DNA of 64,000 bases from an uncultured Thermoleophilia bacterium. GTDB lineage: Bacteria; Actinomycetota; Thermoleophilia; UBA2241. The stretch spans positions 384,001 to 448,000 of the forward strand of contig CAVQSP010000011.1 of assembly GCA_963715985.1 (NCBI GenBank), read 5' to 3'. Below, in pieces: positions 50,051-60,205 of this stretch (position 1 is the first letter of the stretch; each line of letters starts with the position of its first letter). The position numbers and the translations under genes were made by a program. Under the pieces are notes generated by a model. That model saw nothing but the letters and a program-made list of their open reading frames with translations, had not been told where the DNA came from and did no database searches.

Positions 50051-51577
50051 TCAGGCACCGGCCTCGATGCGCGGGAAGAGCGGGGGGCCCGCCGCGACGG
50101 CGGCGGCCTCGAACCCCTGCCACCGCGCCTTCTCGAGCAGCAGATCGGCGGGAGCGCAGGGCTGCCCGAGGCGCCGCAGGATCTCCGCGGCTGTCGCGGG
50201 CATCACGGGGTGCAGCGCCACGGCCACCAGCCGCAGCCCGGCGGCCAGGGCGTGGAGCACGGCGTCCAGACGCGCCGCCTCGGCCTCGTCCTTGGCGAGC
50301 TTCCACGGCGCCTCTTCCTCCACCAGACGGTTGAGGCGCCGCACGAACTCCCACACGCACTCGATGGCGGCCGTGACCTCCACGGCGTCGTAGCGGGCGG
50401 AGGCGGCGGCGATCATGGCCTCGCCGGCCGCGGCCACGTCGGCGAGCGGCAGGGAGCCCTCCGCCGGTACGTGCCCGTCGCGGTACTTGCCGATCATGCT
50501 CACGCTGCGGCTCACGAGGTTGCCCAGCTCGTTGGCGAGCTCGCTGTTGTAGCGTGACTCGAAGCCGTCCATGCCGATGACGCCGTCCTGCCCCAGCGTG
50601 ACCTCACGCATCAGGTAGTAGCGCAGCGGGTCGATGCCGTACTGCTCCATCACCGCGAAGGGGTCGAGCACGTTGCCGCGCGTCTTGCTCATCTTCTCGC
50701 CGCCCATGATGAGGTAGCCGTGGATGAGCTCGGCCTCGGGCACGTCGTAGCCGGCGCTCATCAGCAGGGCCGGCCAGATGACGGCGTGGAACTTGAGGAT
50801 GTCCTTGGCCATCACGTGCAGCTGCGCCGGCCAGTAGTGCCCCGTGAGGTCCTCGCCGGGGCGCGCGTAGGTGAGCGCCGAGAGGTAGTTGATGAGCGCG
50901 TCCACCCACACGTAGATGGTCTGCTCCTCGTCCCACGGCACCGGCACGCCCCAGGTGATGCTGGAGCGGCTGATGGAGATGTCGTCCAGGCCCTGCTCGA
51001 TGAACGACAGGGCCTCGTTGTAGCGGGAGCGCGGCTTGACGAAGTCGGGCCGCGCGCGGAAGAACTCGGAGAGCCGGTCCTGGTACCTGCTGAGCAGGAA
51101 GTAGTAGTTCTCCTCCTCCAGCCAGACAGGCTTGATGCCGTGGTCCGGACAGGTGCCGTCCGCCGCCAGGTCGCGCTCGTACCAGAAGCCCTCGCAGGCG
51201 GTGCAGTAGAGGCCTCCGTAACTGCGCTTCTCCACATCGCCGTTGGCCTTCAGGCGCTCCACGAACTGCTGCACGAACGCCTCGTGCTCCGGGTCGGTGG
51301 TGCGGATGAAGAAGTCGTTGGACGCGTTGAGCTGCCGCGCCAGGTCGCGGAAGCGCGGCGCCAGCTCGTCTACGTGCTGCCGCGGCGTGAGCCCGCGCTC
51401 GGCCGCGGCCTGCGCCACCTTGTTGCCGTGCTCGTCCACCCCGGTGAGGAAGAAGACGTCGTCGCCCTTCTGGCGGTGGTAGCGGGCGAGCACGTCGGTG
51501 GCGATGGTCGTGTAGGCGTGCCCCAGGTGAGGCTCGCCGTTGACGTAGTAGATGGGCGTGGTGACGTAGAAGCGCAC
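50051..51577 (-). CDS. metG: Methionine--tRNA ligase (short form)
   Basis: TTPIYY, HLGH, KDILKFH and KMSKT motifs. Confidence 0.96.
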   Translation of the reverse strand: MRFYVTTPIYYVNGEPHLGHAYTTIATDVLARYHRQKGDDVFFLTGVDEHGNKVAQAAAERGLTPRQHVDELAPRFRDLARQLNASNDFFIRTTDPEHEAFVQQFVERLKANGDVEKRSYGGLYCTACEGFWYERDLAADGTCPDHGIKPVWLEEENYYFLLSRYQDRLSEFFRARPDFVKPRSRYNEALSFIEQGLDDISISRSSITWGVPVPWDEEQTIYVWVDALINYLSALTYARPGEDLTGHYWPAQLHVMAKDILKFHAVIWPALLMSAGYDVPEAELIHGYLIMGGEKMSKTRGNVLDPFAVMEQYGIDPLRYYLMREVTLGQDGVIGMDGFESRYNSELANELGNLVSRSVSMIGKYRDGHVPAEGSLPLADVAAAGEAMIAAASARYDAVEVTAAIECVWEFVRRLNRLVEEEAPWKLAKDEAEAARLDAVLHALAAGLRLVAVALHPVMPATAAEILRRLGQPCAPADLLLEKARWQGFEAAAVAAGPPLFPRIEAGA

Positions 51578-51586
51578 GTGACTATC

Positions 51587-52162
51587 CTACTTCTTCTCGG
51601 AGGCCCGGGCCTTGGCGGCCTGCCCGTAGCTGCCCAGCCTGTCGCCGAGCGACCAGTACTCGCCCTCCGCGTAGGCCATCACGTCGAGCGCGGAGGTCTT
51701 CACGCGGCCGCGCGAGTCGAGCAGATCCTCGTCGAAGTGCGTGCGCACGATCTCGGCGATGAACAGGTCGTGGACGCCGAGCGAGAGCTGGTGCCTCACC
51801 ACGCACTCGAGATTGATCGGGCACTCGGAGATGAGCGGCGCCGAGACCTCCTGCGCCGGCGCCGCCGTGAACCCGAGCTCCCTGAACTTGTCGTGCTCGC
51901 GGCCCGACCACACGCCGGCCGTGTCCACCTCCGCGACCTGGCCGGCGCGCGGGATGTTGACGACGAACTCGCGCGCCTTCGTCACCAGTCCGTACGAGTG
52001 GCGCGACGGACGGATGGCGACGCTGAGCATGGGCGGGGCGGAGCACACCACGCCCACCCAGGCGAGCGTGATCATGTTGGGCGTGCCGCCCTCCCCGTTG
52101 ACGGAGAGGAGCACGACCGGCGTCGGCACGAGGGCGGTGGAGGGCTTGCGCGCGATCTTCAT
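51587..52162 (-). CDS. Flavin reductase-like (DIM6/NTAB) protein
   Basis: PTPVVL, EFVVNIP, SGREHDKF, APLISECPINLEC and HDLFIAE motifs. Confidence 0.85.
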   Translation of the reverse strand: MKIARKPSTALVPTPVVLLSVNGEGGTPNMITLAWVGVVCSAPPMLSVAIRPSRHSYGLVTKAREFVVNIPRAGQVAEVDTAGVWSGREHDKFRELGFTAAPAQEVSAPLISECPINLECVVRHQLSLGVHDLFIAEIVRTHFDEDLLDSRGRVKTSALDVMAYAEGEYWSLGDRLGSYGQAAKARASEKK

Positions 52163-52249
52163 GCGAGACTCCCGGAGTCGGCGTGGGCGGCGCCGAGTGG
52201 AGGCGCCGAGGACAATCGTACCCCAGGGCGGGAATTCGCAGGCCGCTGG

Positions 52250-52285
52250 CGACCTCGCCACGACATTCGTAGAATGGCGAGGTCG
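52250..52285. promoter_or_regulatory. Inverted repeat in the divergent intergenic region (possible operator)
   Basis: CGACCTCGCCA-N14-TGGCGAGGTCG, overlapping a TAGAAT -10 upstream of the Lrp gene. Confidence 0.45.
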
Positions 52286-52296
52286 AAGGGAGCAGC

Positions 52297-52770
52297 ATGC
52301 GCACGCAGGCACTGGACAAGACGGACATCGCCATCATCGGCCACCTGCAGGCCGACGGGCGCCGCCCGTTCACGAGCATCGCCAAGGACCTGGGCATCTC
52401 GGAAGCCAGCGTGCGCCAGCGTGTGTCACGCCTCCTGCGCACCAAGGTCATCCAGATCGTGGCCGTGAGCAGCCCGCTCGACCTGGGGCTGATGTGGGCG
52501 CAAGTGCACCTGCGCGTCAAGGGCGACCGCATCCAGGCCGTCGCCGAGGCGGTCGCCGAGCTCCCGCAGGTCGACTACGTCAGCATCTGCGCCGGCGACA
52601 TCGACATCATCGTCGGCGTCGTGGCTCACGACCGCGACGAACTGCTGCAGGTGCTGGTCAACGACATCCGCACGGTCCCCGGCATCGACCAGGCCGACGT
52701 CGTGCTCAACCTCAAGATCCTCAAGGACAACTACGAGTGGTCCCCGGGCGAGCACGCCGAGCGCCCCTGA
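52297..52770 (+). CDS. Lrp/AsnC family regulator
   Basis: LDKTDIAII..LQADGR and IAKDLGISEASVRQRV motifs. Confidence 0.92.
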   Translation: MRTQALDKTDIAIIGHLQADGRRPFTSIAKDLGISEASVRQRVSRLLRTKVIQIVAVSSPLDLGLMWAQVHLRVKGDRIQAVAEAVAELPQVDYVSICAGDIDIIVGVVAHDRDELLQVLVNDIRTVPGIDQADVVLNLKILKDNYEWSPGEHAERP

Positions 52771-52816
52771 GGCGCCCGCTCCGACTCGCCCACCGCCGCC
52801 AAGGAGAGATGAGACC

Positions 52817-54203
52817 ATGGGCGACCAGACACGCCCCCACGTGCACACCCCGCCCCCCGGCCCGCGCAGCGAAGCGCTCCTCAAGCGCGGCGAGGACATC
52901 CTCCTGGGGGTCTCACTCATCGGCGACTGGCCCCCGAGCCACTTCGTCTCGCGCTACCGCGACGGCTGGTTCATCGAGGACGTGGACGGCAACCGCTACC
53001 TCGACTGGCTTGCGGGCTGGGCCTCGGCGCCTCTCGGCGGCAACCATCCCGAGCTCGTGGAGGCCGCACACACGGCGCTCAAGGAGTACGGCACCGAGTG
53101 TCTCTCGTCGCTGACGGTCATGGCATCAGTACGAGCTCGCGGAGAAGCTGGTCGAGATCGCTCCGAAGCCGCTCAGCAAGGTCGTCTACGACACCACCGG
53201 CAGCGAGGTCGTCGAGAACGCCGTGCGCATCATGCGCGAGGCCGCCGGTCCCGGCCGCCCGTTCGTCATCACCTTCCTGGGCAGCTTCCACGGCGGCAAC
53301 TACGGCACCGGCGCCATGGGCCCGCACAACGCCCACTACAACCACGGCATCGAGCCGTTCATGAGCGGCTGGATCAACGTCCCCTTCCCCACCTGCTACC
53401 GCTGCCCCTACCACCTCGATTACCCCGCCTGCGACATCGCCTGTCTCGACTACATCGAGGAGATGATCCTCAAGTACAAGGCCACGCCGGACAGCATCGC
53501 GGGCGTGAACGTCGAGTTCATCCAGGGCGAGAACGGCATCCAGATCCCGCCGCCGGAGTGGCCGAAGCGACTGTACGACCTCTGCAAGAAGTACGACTGG
53601 ATCCTCTACAACGACGAGGTCCAGGAGGGCATGGGCCGCTGCGGCGAGTGGTTCCTCGTGGACGCGTACCCGGACGTCGAGGTGGAGCTGCTCTCGCTCG
53701 GCAAGGGCACGTCCGGCGGCCTGATCCCGATCTGCTACACCCTGGGCTCCGAGCGCATGAGCGAGCCCGCCGGCGAACTCTACACGGGAGGCACGTTCGC
53801 CGGCTCTCCGGTCGGCTGCGCCGTCGGCATCAAGCTCATCGAGGTCATGAAGCGCGACCGCGTTCTGGACAACGTCAAGGAGATCGAGCGGGTCGCCAAG
53901 GCGAAGTTCGGCGCCATGAAGGAGAAGTACGAGATCGTCGGCGACGTGCGCGTGAAGGGCTGCTACCAGTGCCTCGAGTTCGTCGAGGACAAGGACTCCA
54001 AGACCCCCGCGCACGACCTCACGCGGGAGATCGTCTACGCCATGGAGCGACGCGGGGTGGTGCCGATCTACGAGCCGGCCTTCAACTGGTTCCGCCCCAC
54101 GCCGGCGCTCAACATGCCGCCCGAGCTGTTCGCGCTGGGCTGCGACATCGTGGAAGAATGCGTGGCCGAGGTGAGCAAGGCGCACGCCAAGGGCGTGCGG
54201 TAG
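52817..54203 (+). CDS. Class III PLP aminotransferase (single-base frameshift near 53123)
   Basis: EDVDGNRYLD, FHG, DEVQEGMGRCG, LGKG and GGTF motifs over two frames. Confidence 0.88.
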
Positions 54204-54219
54204 CGGAGGTGCCTGACTC

Positions 54220-55179
54220 ATGACCTACGAGGAGATGCCGTACGCCGGCATCGCGACGTTCTTCAAGGCGCCGTACGTGCCGGCGCCGACGCGCGACGAG
54301 GCCGACGTGGCCGTACTGGGCGTGCCCTGGGACCTGGGCACGACCAGCCGTTCGGGCACGCGCATGGGGCCGCGCGCCCTGCGCGAGACCTCGACGATGT
54401 GGGCGTTCCGCGACGGCCTCGACCCGCTCTATGACGGCGAGGCCCGCGTGATGCTCATGGGCGGCGTGCGCTGGGCCGACGCCGGCGACGTGCAGCTCGG
54501 CCCCATGTGGACGCGCGACCGCTTTCACGAGGCGGTCGGCGCTCGCGTGCTCCCGCTGCTCGAGGCAGGGGTCTTCCCCGTCACCTTGGGCGGCGACCAC
54601 TCCATCACCTACCCGGTGCTCTCCTCCGTCCACAAGGCGCGCGGGGACAGGCCGTTCCAGCTCGTCCAGTTCGACACGCACATGGACTACTGGGACGAGG
54701 AGGGCGGCGAGCGCTACTCGCACGCGAGCCCGATCATCCGCGCGCACGAGGCGGGCTGGCTCGCCGGCCTCACGCAGTACGGCATCCGCAGCCTGCACAC
54801 GTCCGGCGACAACATCGCCCTGGCGCGGCGGCGCGGTGCGCACATCTTCTGGTGCGAGCAGGCCAAGGACATGCTCCCCGAACGCCTGGTCGAGCACCTG
54901 GAGCCGGGCGCCGACGTCTACATCACCTTCGACATCGACTCCCTGGACCCGGCCATCGCCCCCGGCACCGGCACGCCGGAGCCCGGCGGCTTCAGCTACT
55001 ACGAGGCCAAGGCCATCCTCCTGGCGGTGTGTGCGCGCTGCAACGTGATCGGCATGGACCTCGTCGAGGTGGCGCCGCAGTACGACGGCCCCGGCCAGCT
55101 CACCGCCATGCACGGCGCCCGACTCATCCTCGACACGGTCGGGGCGGTGTTTCGGCGGCGCGCCGAACTGGCGAAGTAG
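54220..55179 (+). CDS. speB: Agmatinase-like ureohydrolase
   Basis: GGDHS, DTHMD, DIDSLDP, APGTGTP and DLVEVAP motifs. Confidence 0.8.
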   Translation: MTYEEMPYAGIATFFKAPYVPAPTRDEADVAVLGVPWDLGTTSRSGTRMGPRALRETSTMWAFRDGLDPLYDGEARVMLMGGVRWADAGDVQLGPMWTRDRFHEAVGARVLPLLEAGVFPVTLGGDHSITYPVLSSVHKARGDRPFQLVQFDTHMDYWDEEGGERYSHASPIIRAHEAGWLAGLTQYGIRSLHTSGDNIALARRRGAHIFWCEQAKDMLPERLVEHLEPGADVYITFDIDSLDPAIAPGTGTPEPGGFSYYEAKAILLAVCARCNVIGMDLVEVAPQYDGPGQLTAMHGARLILDTVGAVFRRRAELAK

Positions 55180-55939
55180 CCCGGCGCGCGGCGCAACGTC
55201 CACGGGTTCGTCACCCGTCATGCCTCGCGGTGGGCATCGCCGGCGCGCGACACTGCCGGCAGTGCGCTACGCGGCCCTGACCGCTCGTCGTTCTTGGACA
55301 TATAGGCTTCAACGAGGTCGTGCGAGTCATGGTCCTTCGCCAGGTTGACTCGGTCACGACGACGCCGGCTCGATGCGGCAGGCATCCAGACCTCCGTCCC
55401 TCGATGGTGCGCGAGCGTCGCACGAGACGCGCCGCCTGGGCATCACAGATACGGACCGGGCTGCGGGTGCTGGCTCAGACTCCGAGTCCGGAGTCCCGCG
55501 ATGAGCGCTGAGTCACGAATCTTCACGGGATCGAGCGACTGTAGGGAACGCGGCGAGATCGTCCTCTTGAGCGGTTCGCTCGCAACTCGACCATGACGGG
55601 CGCGACACCGCGCGCACCGACGCGTGGGCGAAGCCGAAGCTCCCGCCAGCTCGCCTGCGCGCAGGCGACAGGAGCCATCGAACGGCGACTGCTCCTGATG
55701 GCCGCATGCCATCGAGGACGGTCGCGCTACACCGCATGGCGGCCTCGACCACAGGTCATCCGACGATCAGGGAGTGCTCACGAGGTCGAGCAAGCATCCG
55801 GTTCTGTGTCGAGACAGGCCATGCTGAAGGATGCAGGCGAGTGAGGGAGCTGCACTGTTCAAGGCGAGCACGACGTGACGCGCGCCGATAATGCGTCCCG
55901 GGCGGCCTCACGCAGCGTCCTCTCGGGGCACGCCGCCGC

Positions 55940-56088
55940 GCATCCCCAGATGGAACCAGCGATATCAGAACGGCATCGGCGACCCCATGCGCAAGATGGC
56001 CCTCGTGCTGGGCCTCGAGCTGCGCACGAGCCTCGAACCAATGGCCAAGGCCTGGAGCTCTCGGGCCAGCGGCGAGCACGTCGAGTGA
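55940..56088 (+). pseudogene. Possible remnant of an XRE/HigA-type HTH protein
   Basis: MRKMALVLGLELRTSLEP resembles the C-terminal helix and strand of XRE antitoxins; N-terminus not recognisable. Confidence 0.3.
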
Positions 56089-56113
56089 GGCCGCCGGCGC
56101 GGGCTGAGCGGCT

Positions 56114-56458
56114 CTACCCGAAGAACGCGCCGTACCTGTCCTCGTCGACCAGCGCCACAAGCGATTCCAGGTCGGCCGGCATGACGTCCGGGTCGTACGC
56201 GTGCCATTTCAGGTCGCGGCGCATCCAGTAGAGCGTCCAGCTTCCGCGGGTGCGCGTGTACTTGAACCTCGCGACGCCCATACGAGTCCATTCGCCGACG
56301 CCGTTCCACGGAGCGCGCTCCTCGTAGATCGACACGCTGTGGCCGCGGACCTCGCAGACAAAGCGCAGTTCGTCGGCATGCTCCGGGCGCGAAACGCGCC
56401 GGCACAACGCCCCGACGGTCTTGTCGATCCGCTTCAGTTCAAGCTCGTTGAAGGCCAT
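56114..56458 (-). CDS. DUF3024 family protein
   Basis: SIYEERAPW, VARFKY, WTLYWMRRDLKWHAY and VDEDRYGAFFG motifs. Confidence 0.85.
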   Translation of the reverse strand: MAFNELELKRIDKTVGALCRRVSRPEHADELRFVCEVRGHSVSIYEERAPWNGVGEWTRMGVARFKYTRTRGSWTLYWMRRDLKWHAYDPDVMPADLESLVALVDEDRYGAFFG

Positions 56459-56720
56459 CCCGTCGGCCCTCTCCTCTCCGGTGCTGCACCTCGTCCGCGA
56501 TCACCACGACAGCGAACGGCACGCCGAGCGCCTCGAAGTGCTTCTGCCTGCAGCGCACCTTGTCGGCCTCGCTGGTGCGCAGCTTCGGGAAGTCGCGTGA
56601 GCCTTTGGTCTCGCGAACCAGGTAGAGCGGCCCGCGTTCTGCTTGAGGATCGCCAGGTCCGGGGTGTACTGGCCGACCGGCGTGTCGATCTCGAACCAGC
56701 GCGGCAACTTGACGAACAGC
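56439..56720 (-). pseudogene. C-terminal nuclease fragment of a type III restriction Res subunit
   Basis: LFVKLPRWFEIDTPVGQYTPDLA / LYLVRETKG..EADKVRC..KHFEAL; frameshift near 56630; preceded by a stop; no helicase domain. Confidence 0.8.
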
Positions 56721-56743
56721 TAGCACATGCCCGCCGCGCCTCG

Positions 56744-57342
56744 CTACAGCCCGAGCGCGGCGACGCGCCTCTCGACCTCGTGCCAGTCGATGTTCTCGAC
56801 GAACGCCTCGATGTAGGGCGGCCGCCTGACCCCGTGGTCGAGGCCGCAGGCGTGCTCGTAGACGTCCAGCATGAGCAGCGGCCTGGCGTTGACGACGACA
56901 CCGGCGTCGTGCGCGTCCTGCCCGTACAAGCGCACCAAGCCGAGGTCCGGGTCGTACGCCGCCACGACCCAGCCCCGCACGGCCATAGCGAGGCCGGTGA
57001 CGTCGCCCATCATGGCTCGACGGCGCCGCAGTCACGCTCGATGAGCGCGATGGTCAGCGGGCCCGGCCGCGTGCCGGCCCCGCCCAGATCGTCGAAGTAG
57101 TACTCGTGCAGCGTGGCGCCGTTCAGGGCGAAGATCTCCGCCACAGCGAGGGCGCGCAGTTCGCCGTACGTCTGGTTCGCCTGCGAGCGGTCGGACCAGC
57201 GCAGCGCGTGCTGGAGGTCGTTGACCTTGTCCACGTAGCCGGCGTGGAGCAGGTCGTGGTGCTGGGCGATCATCCCGGCACTGATGCCCTCCATGTGCAG
57301 ACACGCGTCCTTGAGCGGTCTGACGGGGTAGTCCTCAGCCTT
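56744..57342 (-). pseudogene. Fe/Mn superoxide dismutase-like gene, disrupted
   Basis: HHDLLHAGYV, LHEYYF, PLLMLDVYEHA and YIEAFVENIDW motifs; split near 57012; in-frame AAG (57340-57342) where the start is expected after GGAGG. Confidence 0.75.
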
Positions 57343-57512
57343 AGGTCCTCCTCACGCCCGGGACCGCGGGATCATGTGACGGAGATCGAGCTGCCTCCGG
57401 AGACGTAGCGTCCGGCTTGGCGTGCGCGTACCCCCAGGGCGGCTGGCGTCAAACCGTGGCGCCCGTCAGGGCGTAACGACAGACGAGCCCTCGCCATCCG
57501 CGCTGTCGAACT

Positions 57513-58397
57513 CTAGCGCCCGAGCGCCGCCGCGAGAGCGGCGATGGACTCGGGCGGCGTGCCGCAGCAGCCGCCGACGATGGCGGCGCCGAGGGACGGG
57601 TAGGTCGAGACGACGGCGGCGAAGTGCTCCGGCGTCTCCCCGTACACGGTCTGGCCGGCCTCCAGACGCGGCTGGCCGGCGTTGGGCTGCGCGATCGTGC
57701 GTCCGCCGTTGAGCTCGGCCAGCAGCGGCACGAGCTCGGCCATGGGCTCGGCCGAGATCTCGCAGTTGCAGCCCACGAGGACGGCGCCGGCCTCCCGCAG
57801 GGAGGCGACCGCCGTCGCGGGGTCCACGCCCATCATCGTGCGAAAGCCCTTGGCCGTCGGCTTGAAGGCGAGACTGGCCAGCACCGGCCGCCCATCCGCG
57901 GCCGCCACGGCGGCCTCCACGGCCACGCGCGCCTCGGTGAGGTCGAACATCGTCTCGATGTTGAGCACGTCGACGCCACCGCGCAGGAGGGCCTCCGCCT
58001 GCTCGAAGAACGATGCGCGCAGCGCCTCCGGGTCGGCGTCGCCCATCGGCTTGACCATCTTGCCGGTGGGGCCGATGTCCCCGGCCACGTAGCGGCCGGG
58101 GAACTCGCGGTCGCGGACCCCTGTGGCGAGCCGTGCCCCGGCCTCGTTCAGCTCGATCGCGCGAGCCCCCAGCCCGTGAGCCTCGAGGCGCAGGGAGGTG
58201 CCGCCGAACGTGTTGGTGTTGACCATGTCCGACCCGGCCGCGAAGAAGGCGCGGTGGATGTCCTCCACATCGGCGGGATGAGAGACGTTCCACTCCTCAG
58301 GGCACTCGCCGGCGGCGAACCCCCTCGCCGAGAGCGCGAGGCCGAGGCCGCCGTCGAGCAGCAGCGTGCGTGCCTCGGTGAGCGCGAGAAGGTCCAC
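57513..58397 (-). CDS. Homocysteine S-methyltransferase family (stand-alone Hcy-binding domain)
   Basis: LLDGG, TNTFG, GDIGPTG, IETM, GCNC, PNAG and GGCCG motifs. Confidence 0.9.
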   Translation of the reverse strand: MDLLALTEARTLLLDGGLGLALSARGFAAGECPEEWNVSHPADVEDIHRAFFAAGSDMVNTNTFGGTSLRLEAHGLGARAIELNEAGARLATGVRDREFPGRYVAGDIGPTGKMVKPMGDADPEALRASFFEQAEALLRGGVDVLNIETMFDLTEARVAVEAAVAAADGRPVLASLAFKPTAKGFRTMMGVDPATAVASLREAGAVLVGCNCEISAEPMAELVPLLAELNGGRTIAQPNAGQPRLEAGQTVYGETPEHFAAVVSTYPSLGAAIVGGCCGTPPESIAALAAALGR

Positions 58398-58446
58398 GCC
58401 GGCAGTCTAGCAGACGCGCCGCGGGAGCCGCGCCCGTCCTCTCGCG

Positions 58447-59298
58447 TCAGCGGGCCGCGATCTCCCGCACCATCCGGTCGGCCTCGCGGCGCGGCAGGCC
58501 GAGGCAGACGTGCAGCGCCGCCGCGGCGTCGCGCCGCGAGAGACCACGGCCCAGCAGCGTCGCGGCCGCCTCCGCCGCCTGCGGCCGGGCCGCGGCCGCC
58601 TCATCCAGCGCCACGCCCAGGTCGAGGACCATGGTGATCTCGCCGCGCACGCCGCCGCTCGGCCCCATGTCCGGCCCGGGCACCGGGTAGCGCTCGCTGA
58701 GCTCCAGGAGTGTGCCACGCACGATTTCCTCGTGGAGCTTGGTGAGTTCGCGGCACACGGCGGCGCGCGCCTCCGGCAGCTCAGCCGCCAGCGTCGCCAG
58801 GCTCCTCGCCAGCCGCTGCCCCGTCTCGAAAGCCACCACGAGGCCGCCGTTCCGACGCCACCCGTGCAGGTCGGCCTGCAGCTGGCGCGCACGGCGCGGC
58901 AGATACCCGACGAAGCGGAAGCCGTCGCCGTCGAACCCCGCCGCCACCAGCGCCGTGAGCACGGCGGATGCCCCCGGCAGCACCGTGAACTCGAGGCCCT
59001 CGGCCACGGCCCGCACCACGAGGCGCATGCCGGGATCCTGCACGCCCGGCATGCCGGCGTCGGTGACCAGCGCCACATCGCGGCCGTCCCGCAACACTTT
59101 GAGCACCTCCTCCGTCTTCTGCGCCTCGTTGTGCTCGAACAGGCTCGTGAGCGGCACGTGGATGTCGAAGTGGCTGAGGAGCTTGCGCGTGTGCCGGGTG
59201 TCCTCGGCGGCCACCAGCTCCGCGGCGCGCAGGGCGTCCAGCACCCGCGGGGTCACATCTCCCAGGTTGCCGATGGGCGTGGCACAGACGTACAGCAT
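58447..59298 (-). CDS. rsmI: 16S rRNA C1402 2'-O-methyltransferase
   Basis: ATPIGNLGD, AEDTR, DAGMPGVQDPG and RELTKLHEE motifs. Confidence 0.95.
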   Translation of the reverse strand: MLYVCATPIGNLGDVTPRVLDALRAAELVAAEDTRHTRKLLSHFDIHVPLTSLFEHNEAQKTEEVLKVLRDGRDVALVTDAGMPGVQDPGMRLVVRAVAEGLEFTVLPGASAVLTALVAAGFDGDGFRFVGYLPRRARQLQADLHGWRRNGGLVVAFETGQRLARSLATLAAELPEARAAVCRELTKLHEEIVRGTLLELSERYPVPGPDMGPSGGVRGEITMVLDLGVALDEAAAARPQAAEAAATLLGRGLSRRDAAAALHVCLGLPRREADRMVREIAAR

Positions 59299-59302
59299 GG
59301 CG

Positions 59303-59854
59303 CTACTCCTTCAGAAAGGTCTCGACGAAGAGGACATCGACCAGCCGCCCTCCGGCGCGCGCGTGGCGGCGGGCGGTCCCGACCACGCTGAAGCCGAGAC
59401 TCAGGTGGTAGGCGAGCGAGTCGACGTTGTCGGCGCGGATGTCCGTGAACACCTTCTCGTAGCCCAGAGCGATGGCGGCGGCGAAGGACTCGGCGGCCAG
59501 CCGCCGCCCCACGCCCCTGCGCCGGGACGCCGCGTCCACGTAGGTGCCCATCGTGGCCACGTGGTCGAACTCCGTGGTGACGAACGTGTTCCACGGCTCC
59601 ACGGTCTGGAACCCGACGATGCCGCGATCCGGGGCTTCAGCGACGTGGATGAAGCCGCGCGCAGGCAGGCCCTCGATGAAGGCGCGCTCCTCGGCTACGG
59701 TGAACTGCGTATCCAGCAGACTGTGGCGTCCGCCTGCGATGATCGCGTTGAGCACCGCCGCCACGGCGGCCGCGTCGGCGGGCGTGGCGCGCCGCACCCG
59801 CAGGCCGCCTTCCCCATTGCTGTGCTGGTGCACGTCACCCCCTGGGTCTTTCAC
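59303..59854 (-). CDS. GNAT family N-acetyltransferase
   Basis: VRRAT, RRRGVGRRL, DN..SLAYH and LGF motifs. Confidence 0.85.
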   Translation of the reverse strand: MKDPGGDVHQHSNGEGGLRVRRATPADAAAVAAVLNAIIAGGRHSLLDTQFTVAEERAFIEGLPARGFIHVAEAPDRGIVGFQTVEPWNTFVTTEFDHVATMGTYVDAASRRRGVGRRLAAESFAAAIALGYEKVFTDIRADNVDSLAYHLSLGFSVVGTARRHARAGGRLVDVLFVETFLKE

Positions 59855-59926
59855 CCCATTCTTTCAGCGGCGGCGAGTTGTTTCGAGTAGTTTGCGGAAC
59901 TGTGCAGGTGACAGAAGGGGGACGCC

Positions 59927-60127
59927 ATGGTACTGGAACTCATGATCTGTCCCGAGTGTGGCGCGGAGTTCGGCGACGACCTGTTCTCGGAAGACCCCAG
60001 CGAGACGTTCGTCTGCCCGCTGTGCGGCACGGTCGCCCTCGACGCGATACCGGTCGAGGACCGCATTCTCCACATCCACGCCTTTGCCCCTCCGGCGCCG
60101 CCGGAGCAAGAGCGGCTTTCGGCCTGA
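59927..60127 (+). CDS. Small zinc-ribbon protein
   Basis: CPECG..CPLCG; AAGGGGG RBS; 66 aa. Confidence 0.6.
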   Translation: MVLELMICPECGAEFGDDLFSEDPSETFVCPLCGTVALDAIPVEDRILHIHAFAPPAPPEQERLSA

Positions 60128-60205
60128 CCCCGGCCGGGCGTGGAAGGCGAGCCGGGACGCCGGGAGGCGCCCCGGCTCGCCGTACCTTTTGGGTAGACTG
60201 CCGGC

